From contig JAGXSG010000032.1 in assembly GCA_018333995.1 (NCBI GenBank), forward strand, positions 204 through 64,203: DNA of 64,000 bases. The letters run 5' to 3'. The notes under the pieces are model-generated. The model was not told the origin of the DNA and did not search any database. It saw only the letters and a program-made list of their open reading frames with translations. A program made the translations under genes and the position numbers. The stretch is from Clostridiales bacterium. Its GTDB lineage: Bacteria > Actinomycetota > Coriobacteriia > Anaerosomatales > SLCP01. Below, piece by piece: positions 56,620-64,000 of the stretch (positions within the stretch are counted from its first letter, which is position 1; every line of letters starts with the position of its first letter).

Positions 56620-57783
56620 CTAGAAGTCGCCGTTTTCCCGTCGCCCGACCACGTCAGACGCGGCAAGTCCGGACTCTTCCGGATCTTCTTCCGGATCTTC
56701 TCCCGGCTCCTCATCGGAATGGTGATGAGCGGCGTCGAACAAGCCGAGCCACGAGGCCATGAGAGCCGAGAGCCCGGCAAGGACGATGAACGTGAACAGC
56801 TTGATCGAAGTCGCAGCGTAGCGAACCGCGTATCCCCCGACCGCGAGCGCCGCCGACCACACGTAGATGATGAGCACCGTCTGACGCTGATCGAAACCAC
56901 GACCGAGCAGCCGATGATGGATATGTCCTCTGTCCGCCTCCTGGATCGGCCGCTTGTGCCTGATGCGGCGAACGATCGCAGACGCCGTGTCGAAGATCGG
57001 CACGCCGATGATGAGCAACGGTACCGCGAGCGTAATGGCCGCTACCGACTTCATGACGCCGAGAAGGGATATGGTCGCAAGCGCAAACCCGAGGAACATC
57101 GCGCCTGAATCCCCCATAAAGATGCTCGCCGGATTGAAGTTGTATCGCAAGAACCCAATGCACGTGCCAATGAGCGCGGCGGCGAGCACTGCCGCTACCG
57201 GCTGATTCGATTGCATTGTGAGCGCGAGAAACGTTGCCGCCGCGATCGCCGTGACACCAGCCGCCAGACCATCCAAGCCATCAATGAGATTGATCACGTT
57301 CGCGAAGCCGACCATGTAGATAAGCGTGATCGGGACGCCGAGCAACCCCAGCGCTATCAGTCCACTGCCAAACGGGTGGCCGATAAAGTCGATCCGAACG
57401 CCAGACCCGATGACGACGAGAGACGCTACGATCTGTCCGATGAGTTTGGGACCCGGATCAAGCGTGATGATGTCGTCGACAACCCCGACTGCGAAGATGA
57501 TCACGAGACCCGCGACCACGCCTGCAAACTGCGTCCCGCCGACTGCGAGAAGCTCACGCCATCCCAGGTACGTCTCCCCCGCAAGCTGCAGCGCAAGGGC
57601 CGCGCCAAAGCCCACGAACATGGCTATCCCGCCCAAACGCGAGATCGCTTGCGTGTGCACTTTGCGTCCGCCCGGCGTGTCGATGAGGCCGTACCTCACC
57701 GAGACGACACGCACGACCGGCGTGACCAAAAACGTCACCAGAGCCGCCACGACGATGAGGAACGCAATGTGCTGCACGCTCAC
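56620..57783 (-). CDS. Polyprenyl-phosphate N-acetylhexosamine-1-phosphate transferase (MraY/WecA/TagO family, GT4-type PNPT)
   Basis: Contains VVDDIITLDP, NVINLIDGLDGLA and IFMGDSGAMFLGF. 10-11 TM segments and an acidic C-terminal tail. Confidence 0.85.
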   Translation of the reverse strand: MSVQHIAFLIVVAALVTFLVTPVVRVVSVRYGLIDTPGGRKVHTQAISRLGGIAMFVGFGAALALQLAGETYLGWRELLAVGGTQFAGVVAGLVIIFAVGVVDDIITLDPGPKLIGQIVASLVVIGSGVRIDFIGHPFGSGLIALGLLGVPITLIYMVGFANVINLIDGLDGLAAGVTAIAAATFLALTMQSNQPVAAVLAAALIGTCIGFLRYNFNPASIFMGDSGAMFLGFALATISLLGVMKSVAAITLAVPLLIIGVPIFDTASAIVRRIRHKRPIQEADRGHIHHRLLGRGFDQRQTVLIIYVWSAALAVGGYAVRYAATSIKLFTFIVLAGLSALMASWLGLFDAAHHHSDEEPGEDPEEDPEESGLAASDVVGRRENGDF

Positions 57784-57789
57784 AACTCG

Positions 57790-58239
57790 TCATCTCCCCT
57801 CGACGAGTCGCGGTACGACACCGGCCTCGGCACAGATCTCCTCGGCCAACGCATCGGGGTACGAATCCCTGAAAACTATGTCCGCAACACCTGCGTTGAT
57901 CAGGATCTTCGCGCACAGCACGCACGGCTGATGGGTCGAGTACACGGTGGCGCCATCTATCACGATGCCGTGCCGGGCCGCCTGGATGACCGCGTTTTGC
58001 TCAGCGTGGATACCGCGGCAAAGCTCATGGTGGCTGCCCGAGGGTATTTCACGCTGATCGCGGAGACAGCCAACGTCCTCGCAGTGGCGCAACCCCGTGG
58101 GCGTCCCGTTGTAGCCCGTAGCGAGGATCCGCCGGTCTCTCACGAGGACGGCGCCTGTCTGGCGACGCAAGCATGTCGAACGGCCTGAGACCTGATCGGC
58201 GATGCTCATGAAGTATTCGTCCCACGAAGGGCGCGGCAT
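57790..58239 (-). CDS. Deoxycytidylate (dCMP) deaminase, ComEB-like
   Basis: Zinc-binding motifs HAEQNA and PCVLCAK. N-terminal WDEYFM. Confidence 0.85.
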   Translation of the reverse strand: MPRPSWDEYFMSIADQVSGRSTCLRRQTGAVLVRDRRILATGYNGTPTGLRHCEDVGCLRDQREIPSGSHHELCRGIHAEQNAVIQAARHGIVIDGATVYSTHQPCVLCAKILINAGVADIVFRDSYPDALAEEICAEAGVVPRLVEGR

Positions 58240-58259
58240 GGCTTTACTGACCTCCGTGA

Positions 58260-58910
58260 CTACCGGGTGCCAAACAGGCGATCACCAGCGTCGCCGAGAC
58301 CAGGCACGATGTAGCCGTGATCGTTGAGGTGGCTGTCGACCGCGCACGTGTAGATCGTCACGCCGTCGCATGCCTTAACAACCTCCTCGATGCCCTCGGG
58401 GGCCGCGATGAGAACGAGGAGGCTCACCGCCTTGGCACCGCGCTCTTGCAAGAACTGCACCGCGGCGACGGCCGAGCCGCCTGTGGCGAGCATCGGATCG
58501 ACGATTAGGATATCGCGCTCCCCGATGTCTTCGGGAAGCTTGCAGTAGTACTCGACAGGAAGGAGCGTCTCGGGATCTCGGTACAAGCCTATATGTCCGA
58601 CCTTCGCGGCAGGAATAAGCTGAAGGATACCGTCGACCATACCGAGACCGGCACGCAAGATCGGGATCACCGCGACCTTCTTGCCTGCGAGCACGTACGT
58701 GGCCGTCTCCGTGATGGGGGTGGTCACCGTGGTCTTCGCGAGCTGGAACTCACGGGTTGCCTCGTACGCCATGAGCATCGCAAGCTCTCTTACGAGCTCG
58801 CGGAACTCTTTCGCGCCGGTGGCGACGTCCCTCATGATCGACAGCTTGTGCTGAATGAGCGGGTGGTCCATAACCACCACGTTGGAGTGCGCCTCGTGCT
58901 GTCGCGTCAT
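58260..58910 (-). CDS. upp: Uracil phosphoribosyltransferase
   Basis: Contains [14 protein letters not shown], the PRPP motif [14 protein letters not shown], and [16 protein letters not shown]. The ATG at 58910 has a GAGGAGG RBS. Confidence 0.93.
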   Translation of the reverse strand: MTRQHEAHSNVVVMDHPLIQHKLSIMRDVATGAKEFRELVRELAMLMAYEATREFQLAKTTVTTPITETATYVLAGKKVAVIPILRAGLGMVDGILQLIPAAKVGHIGLYRDPETLLPVEYYCKLPEDIGERDILIVDPMLATGGSAVAAVQFLQERGAKAVSLLVLIAAPEGIEEVVKACDGVTIYTCAVDSHLNDHGYIVPGLGDAGDRLFGTR

Positions 58911-58953
58911 CGAGCGTATTCCTCCTCGGATGTGCGGGCGGCTCTGGCCATCC

Positions 58954-60201
58954 CTACAACTCCGGGTAGAGCGGATGTGCGTCGAGCATGGCGCGCACGT
59001 CGGCGGCAATGTCAGCAAGACGCCGTTCATCACCGCGATGGAAGATCGCGTTGGCAAGCAGGCAGCCGACAGTGTGGGACTCGCCTTCAGTGAAGCCACG
59101 CGTAGTCATCGCAGCGGTGCCCACGCGGATGCCGCTTGTGACAAACGGGCTCTCGGGATCGTTGGGAATCGCATTCTTGTTGACAGTAAAGCCAACGTCT
59201 TCTAACAGCGCTTCGGCTTCCTTGCCGGTGATTTGGGCAGGGCGCAGATCGACGAGCATGAGGTGGTTGTCGGTGCCGCCCGAGACAAGCCTCAGCCCGC
59301 ACTCTGCCATCGCCGCGCCCATCGCCTTTGCGTTGATGAGAACCTGATCGATGTATGCCGAGAACTCCGGGGTCATCGCTTCGTGAAACGCTACCGCCTT
59401 CGCGGCGATGATGTGTTCGAGGGGTCCGCCTTGCAGGCCCGGGAAGACCGCCTTGTCGATTGCGGCCGCGTGTTCCTCTTTGCACAGGATGAAACCAGCG
59501 CGTGGGCCTCTGAGTGTCTTGTGCGATGTTGAGGTCACGACATCAGCGACAGGAACTGGCGACGGATGCGCGCCGGTTGCCACAAGTCCAGCGATGTGCG
59601 CCATGTCCACCATGAAAATCGCGCCCACGTCTTTCGCGATCTCAGAGAACCTCTCAAAATCTATGACACGCGGGTACGCGCTCGCACCCGCGATTATCAT
59701 CTTGGGGCGATGCTCGCGCGCCAGCCGTTCGACCTCATCGTAGTCGATCGTCTCGGTAGCCATGTCGAGCCCGTAGGGCACAACGTTGAACCACTTGCCC
59801 GAGAAGTTAACCGGAGATCCGTGGGTAAGGTGCCCGCCCATCGCGAGATTCATGCCCAAAACGGTGTCGCCCGGGGTGAGGAACGCGTAGAACGCCGCAA
59901 GGTTGGCTTGTGCACCCGCATGAGGCTGCACATTGGCGTGCTCCGCGCCAAAAAGGCGCTGCGCCCGCTCTCGCGCGAGACTCTCGACGATGTCGACCTT
60001 CTCGCACCCGCCGTAATATCGCTTGCCGGGAAGTCCCTCGGCGTACTTATTGGTGAGAACGGTTCCTGCCGCCTCGAGAACCGCCATCGAGACAAAGTTC
60101 TCGCTCGCGATGAGTTCAATCGTATTCCGCTGACGCTCAAGCTCGGCATCGAGCGCCGCCGCGAGTTCTGGGTCGTGTTTCGGAATGTACCTGAGTGTCA
60201 T
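58954..60201 (-). CDS. glyA: Serine hydroxymethyltransferase
   Basis: PLP-lysine region [16 protein letters not shown], plus LIASENF at the N-terminus. Confidence 0.97.
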   Translation of the reverse strand: MTLRYIPKHDPELAAALDAELERQRNTIELIASENFVSMAVLEAAGTVLTNKYAEGLPGKRYYGGCEKVDIVESLARERAQRLFGAEHANVQPHAGAQANLAAFYAFLTPGDTVLGMNLAMGGHLTHGSPVNFSGKWFNVVPYGLDMATETIDYDEVERLAREHRPKMIIAGASAYPRVIDFERFSEIAKDVGAIFMVDMAHIAGLVATGAHPSPVPVADVVTSTSHKTLRGPRAGFILCKEEHAAAIDKAVFPGLQGGPLEHIIAAKAVAFHEAMTPEFSAYIDQVLINAKAMGAAMAECGLRLVSGGTDNHLMLVDLRPAQITGKEAEALLEDVGFTVNKNAIPNDPESPFVTSGIRVGTAAMTTRGFTEGESHTVGCLLANAIFHRGDERRLADIAADVRAMLDAHPLYPEL

Positions 60202-60276
60202 GCTCGCTTCGCTCCCCTTCTCACGCGGCGGCCATGGAACCGCCCTACGTACGTGCGCGTGGTACTCCGGCCAATG

Positions 60277-60729
60277 TCACACCCCGCGGTTCTCGTCCTC
60301 TAGAGCGGTAATCGCGTCGACCCGCCGCTGGTGCCTCCCGCCCTCGAACTCAGTCGAAAGAAAGACGTCTACAATCCGGCGGGCCACATCTTCGCCGAGC
60401 GTGCGGCTCCCCATCGTCACGACGTTGGCGTCGTTGTGAAGGCGCGACATGCGTGCCATCTCGGGATCGGACACGTTGGCCGCGCGCACACCGGACACCT
60501 TGTTCGCCGCGATCGCCACGCCTATTCCCGATCCGCACACCAGCACTCCGCGATCGGCATCGCCTGACGCGACCGCGTGACCGACTTTTGCGGCGAGCAC
60601 GGGGTAGTCGACCGGTTGCTCGCTGTGCGTGCCAACGTCAACGACCTCGTGTCCTGCTTGGATGAGGTGCGATTCGAGTCTCTCTTTGAGTTCGAATCCC
60701 GCGTGATCGCTTCCAATCGAGATACGCAT
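60277..60729 (-). CDS. rpiB: Ribose-5-phosphate isomerase B
   Basis: Contains MRISIGSDHAGFELK and GVLVCGSGIGVAIAANK. The start was set at the ATG at 60729. Confidence 0.9.
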   Translation of the reverse strand: MRISIGSDHAGFELKERLESHLIQAGHEVVDVGTHSEQPVDYPVLAAKVGHAVASGDADRGVLVCGSGIGVAIAANKVSGVRAANVSDPEMARMSRLHNDANVVTMGSRTLGEDVARRIVDVFLSTEFEGGRHQRRVDAITALEDENRGV

Positions 60730-60872
60730 GCCCGTCCTATCGCGTCTTGTGAGGTGAATCGGAGGCGGCCCGCCAGGAGCCACCGCCGATTGTATACCAG
60801 CGGTCCGGCGGTGTCTCAGATCCGGCAGCGCCTCAGATCAACGCCATCCCAGCCTCCGAGCTCTCGCCGCGC

Positions 60873-61517
60873 TCAGTTCCCGCCGTGGGCGACAGCCATG
60901 ATCTCCTGGGCAGGTATCGCGCCTTCGCGAATGATCGCCGGTGCAAGACCAGTGCAATCCACCACCGTAGATGGCATGCGATGAGCGGTCTGCCCACCGT
61001 TTAGCACAACATCGGCGGCCGCGATGATGCGCTCCTCTACTTCCGAAAAGTCGCCCGGCGCGGGGCGGCCGCTCGTGTTAGCTGATGTCGCGATGATCGG
61101 TCCACCTGACGCGTGTATGAGTTCCATCACGACCCGGTGGTCCGGTGAGCGGAGACCGACGGTCCCATCGTCGGCCTGGAAGTCCTTGCCGACGACGCCC
61201 GACGCCTTCACGACAAGCGTGAGCGCACCCGGCCAGAACTCCTTGGCGAGAGCGTGCGCATACTCCGGTACATCAACGCCGTACGTGTCAAGCAGCGTGT
61301 CGTCGTTCTCGACAAGCCAGGGCAGTGGGCTGTCAAGAGGCCTGACCTTCACATCGAAGATCTCATGCGGCCCAATCCAAGAATGCGCCGCGGCACCGAT
61401 TCCGTAGACCGTCTCTGTGGGGAAGACAACAATCCCGCCGTCACGGAGTACTGTGGCGGCGAGATTGATGACTTCTGCGGACGGGTTCTCCGGGTCGATA
61501 TGAAACACCTTGTTCAT
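60873..61517 (-). CDS. tsaC: L-threonylcarbamoyladenylate synthase (YrdC/YwlC/Sua5 family, YrdC-domain only)
   Basis: Contains VVFPTETVYGIGA and SANTSGRP. The ATG at 61517 overlaps the prmC stop (ATGA). Confidence 0.85.
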   Translation of the reverse strand: MNKVFHIDPENPSAEVINLAATVLRDGGIVVFPTETVYGIGAAAHSWIGPHEIFDVKVRPLDSPLPWLVENDDTLLDTYGVDVPEYAHALAKEFWPGALTLVVKASGVVGKDFQADDGTVGLRSPDHRVVMELIHASGGPIIATSANTSGRPAPGDFSEVEERIIAAADVVLNGGQTAHRMPSTVVDCTGLAPAIIREGAIPAQEIMAVAHGGN

Positions 61518-62434
61518 TGCGATCCGCCTCCGTTCGTCGAGTACGACTGCCCTGGCCTGACCGTTTGTCGTGGAGCTTTCGCCACCAACACGCGATCGCG
61601 TCCCACGAGATCCGATACGACTTCTACTTCTAGATACCACTCCCCAACCATTTCGGCAGCACGCCGGACACACGTTTCGTCAAGCTCCATCACACAGGCA
61701 CCAGTGGGAGTAAGCCATTCGAGGGCATCCGTTGCGATCCGCCGCGCAATTCCGAGTCCGTCAGCGCCTCCATCGAGCGCAGCGGCAGGTTCGTGACCGG
61801 AGACTTCGAGCGGAAGCGATGCGAGATTCGCGGTGGGAATGTACGGCGGGTTCGCCGCAACGACATGTACCGTCCCCCGTAGCTCCGCCACAACAGGTGC
61901 GAACAAATCGCCGCACACCACACTCACCCGCTCCGCGACGCCGATACGCGCGGCGTTCTTCTCAGCGGTGACCACCGCGATTTCCGAGACATCCGTCGCC
62001 ACGACTGTCGCTTGGGGGTGTTCGGACGCTATCGCGCATGCGATACAGCCAGACCCTGTGCAGATGTCTAACACGACCGGACTCTCCACACCGTTTAGCA
62101 GCTTCAGGCACTCGTCGACGAGAACCTCGGTCTCCGGCCGAGGGATGAACACCCCGGGAACGACGTGTACGACTATGTGACGGAACGGCATCTCTCCCGT
62201 GACGTACTGGAGTGGCTCGCCAGCCGCCCGCCGTTTGATCGAATCGCGCAAGGCCGTCCGCTCCGTCTCCGAAAGCGGGCGATCGAAATGCGCATAGAGC
62301 TCCACACGAGAGAGGCTGGTGGCCGCGGAAAGGAGCCACTCAGCTGAGCGACGCGGCACATCGACGCCGACGCGTTCGAAGTGCCTGGTCATCCACTCGA
62401 GCGCGTCTCGGATCGTCCAGACGCGACCCTCCAT
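61514..62434 (-). CDS. prmC: Release factor glutamine N5-methyltransferase
   Basis: SAM site LDICTGSGCIA and catalytic NPPYIP. The ATG overlaps the prfA stop (ATGA). Confidence 0.9.
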   Translation of the reverse strand: MEGRVWTIRDALEWMTRHFERVGVDVPRRSAEWLLSAATSLSRVELYAHFDRPLSETERTALRDSIKRRAAGEPLQYVTGEMPFRHIVVHVVPGVFIPRPETEVLVDECLKLLNGVESPVVLDICTGSGCIACAIASEHPQATVVATDVSEIAVVTAEKNAARIGVAERVSVVCGDLFAPVVAELRGTVHVVAANPPYIPTANLASLPLEVSGHEPAAALDGGADGLGIARRIATDALEWLTPTGACVMELDETCVRRAAEMVGEWYLEVEVVSDLVGRDRVLVAKAPRQTVRPGQSYSTNGGGSQ

Positions 62435-63519
62435 CAGACCACAGCCGCCAAGCGCTCCGCCCGGTCGGCGGCGGCGAGCGCATCGATCATGGGTGCGATC
62501 TCGCCCATGAGCACGCCGGGCAGGTTGTGGATGGTCAAACCGATCCGATGATCGGTGACGCGATCCTGCGGGATGTTGTACGTGCGGATCTTCTCGGAAC
62601 GGTCGCCTGAGCCAATCTGGTTGCGCCGAGCGTCCCCGAGTTCACTTGCCCTGCGCTCAAGTTCCAGCTCGTAGAGGCGCGCGCGAAGCACCTTGAGCGC
62701 GTTTTCCCGGTTTTGCAGCTGGGACTTCTGGTTCTGCGACTGCACCACGAGTCCGGTAGGCAGATGAGTGATGCGTACCGCCGAATCGGTCGTGTTGACC
62801 GACTGTCCTCCCGGACCGCTGGAACGATACACGTCGATGCGAAGATCGTTCTGGTTGATCCCAATCTCAACGTCCTCGGCCTCAGGGAGCACCGCGACGG
62901 TCGCCGTCGACGTGTGGATTCGCCCGCTCGACTCAGTCGCTGGAACACGCTGGACCCGGTGCACGCCCGACTCGTACTTCATCTTCGAGTAGACGTTCGC
63001 GCCCTTCACTATGAACGAGACATCCTTGTAGCCCCCAACCTCGTTCTCGGACGCGTCGATCTCCTCGACTTTCCACCGTTGCGACTCAGCGTATCGCGTA
63101 TACATCCGGTACAGGTCACCGGCGAACAAGCCCGCCTCGTCGCCCCCAGCGCCCGCGCGTATCTCGATGATGACGTTCTTCCCGTCGTTGGGATCGGAAG
63201 ACACCATCATCACCTTGATCTCGTCTTCGAGCGGTTCCACACGTGCGCGCAGCTCCTCGAGCTCCTCCCGGGCAAGCTCTCGCATTTCTGGATCGGACTC
63301 AGTGCGGCTGATCTCCTCGGCCTCGCTGATCCCATCAAGCACGCCAAAGTACTCCGCAATCCGCTCGGCGAGCGGGGTCATCTGCGAATGCTCCCGCGCG
63401 AGAGGTGTGTAGACCTTCTGGTTTGAGAACACCTCGGGATCGGCGAGCTTACTACTGAGCTCACGGTAGGTCTGCACTATCGATTCGAGCTTGTCACGCA
63501 TCACGGGAGCATCCTTCAT
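62434..63519 (-). CDS. prfA: Peptide chain release factor 1
   Basis: PAT tripeptide in [19 protein letters not shown] in [20 protein letters not shown]. An alternative start at ATG 63501 is possible. Confidence 0.95.
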   Translation of the reverse strand: MKDAPVMRDKLESIVQTYRELSSKLADPEVFSNQKVYTPLAREHSQMTPLAERIAEYFGVLDGISEAEEISRTESDPEMRELAREELEELRARVEPLEDEIKVMMVSSDPNDGKNVIIEIRAGAGGDEAGLFAGDLYRMYTRYAESQRWKVEEIDASENEVGGYKDVSFIVKGANVYSKMKYESGVHRVQRVPATESSGRIHTSTATVAVLPEAEDVEIGINQNDLRIDVYRSSGPGGQSVNTTDSAVRITHLPTGLVVQSQNQKSQLQNRENALKVLRARLYELELERRASELGDARRNQIGSGDRSEKIRTYNIPQDRVTDHRIGLTIHNLPGVLMGEIAPMIDALAAADRAERLAAVV

Positions 63520-63628
63520 GTCCGAGCTAGTTGTTCTCGCTGAGTAGAGCCGGGGGATTCACGTTGAAGGTTAGCACGTCTGACGCTCGACGGCGGGAAG
63601 CTGGTGTCATCCGCGCGTGACTCCACGA

Positions 63629-64000
63629 TCACGACCCCTCGCGGTGGTTGCCACCGGAGCGGCCGTGCGATCTGGCGTCCCACCCGGCGGCGTGGAAACG
63701 CCAAAATACCCGCGAGGCGACGAGGAGGGCTGTCGCCACCGCAACGTAGACGGTCGCGAGCGCCGGCCTCGGGATATCGGTCAGTCGCAACGCGTGGCCA
63801 AGCGCGATCATCGACAGCACCACCGCCCAGGAGCGCACGGAGAAGAATCCGGCGACCCGGGCACTCGGTCCCCGTTCGCGGATTCGTGACGCGGCCTTGC
63901 GCGCGACAGGTTCGAGCAGGAAGCGGGCTTTCACGAGGCCGAGAATCACGCCGCCCGCCGCAAGGGAGAGAGCGAGTGCGACCGGTGTCTCGGCGAGCCA
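63629..64000 (-). CDS. Hypothetical membrane protein, probably 5'-truncated by the window end
   Basis: The frame stays open and hydrophobic (WLAETPVALALSLAAGGV...) from 63949 to the window edge, followed by two further TM segments. No family was recognised. Confidence 0.4.
   Translation of the reverse strand, partial: WLAETPVALALSLAAGGVILGLVKARFLLEPVARKAASRIRERGPSARVAGFFSVRSWAVVLSMIALGHALRLTDIPRPALATVYVAVATALLVASRVFWRFHAAGWDARSHGRSGGNHREGS

Overview
GC-rich, Gram-positive-type chromosomal segment with about 60 tightly packed genes. All but one are on the minus strand, and many adjacent genes share 4-nt ATGA/GTGA stop/start overlaps. I found no rRNA, tRNA, CRISPR array, IS element or integrase by eye.

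Most of the window is housekeeping. The gene order mirrors Bacillus subtilis blocks:
- rnr ... smpB-ssrA
- hpf ... secA-prfB ... ftsEX-ctp
- prfA-prmC-ywlC(tsaC)-rpiB-glyA-upp ... atpIBEFHAGDC-murA ... spoIID-like

This suggests a high-GC Bacillota-like or Coriobacteriia-like organism, but the lineage cannot be fixed from this window.

Four things go beyond housekeeping:
1. About 7.8 kb sits between secA and hpf. It encodes a roughly 1100-aa MalT-like STAND ATPase whose output domain is a C-terminal SARP (OmpR-wHTH + BTAD). It also encodes a translationally coupled trio (intact membrane HD-GYP, catalytically degenerate HD-GYP paralogue, small polytopic membrane protein) and an unassigned 226-aa protein.
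2. A roughly 15-kb envelope glycopolymer locus spans 32.8-47.6 kb. It contains a DUF354 protein, a signal-anchored homologue of heparan-type D-glucuronyl C5-epimerase, a GT4, a Wzy-like polymerase sandwiched between two DUF4330 paralogues, two LCP ligases and a UDP-sugar 6-dehydrogenase. Two large secreted proteins with triple CWB2 cell-wall-binding repeats are interleaved, one of them a SpoIID fusion.
3. A roughly 230-nt highly structured leader lies upstream of an amino-acid ABC transporter operon. It has a 12-bp closing helix, GNRA hairpins and an anti-SD segment, and I cannot place it in a known class.
4. RF2 carries SPT instead of the canonical SPF stop-codon recognition tripeptide.

Start codons were re-picked by RBS and overlap logic where the longest ORF was clearly over-extended. 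All functional calls rest on motif recognition by eye, not on database searches.
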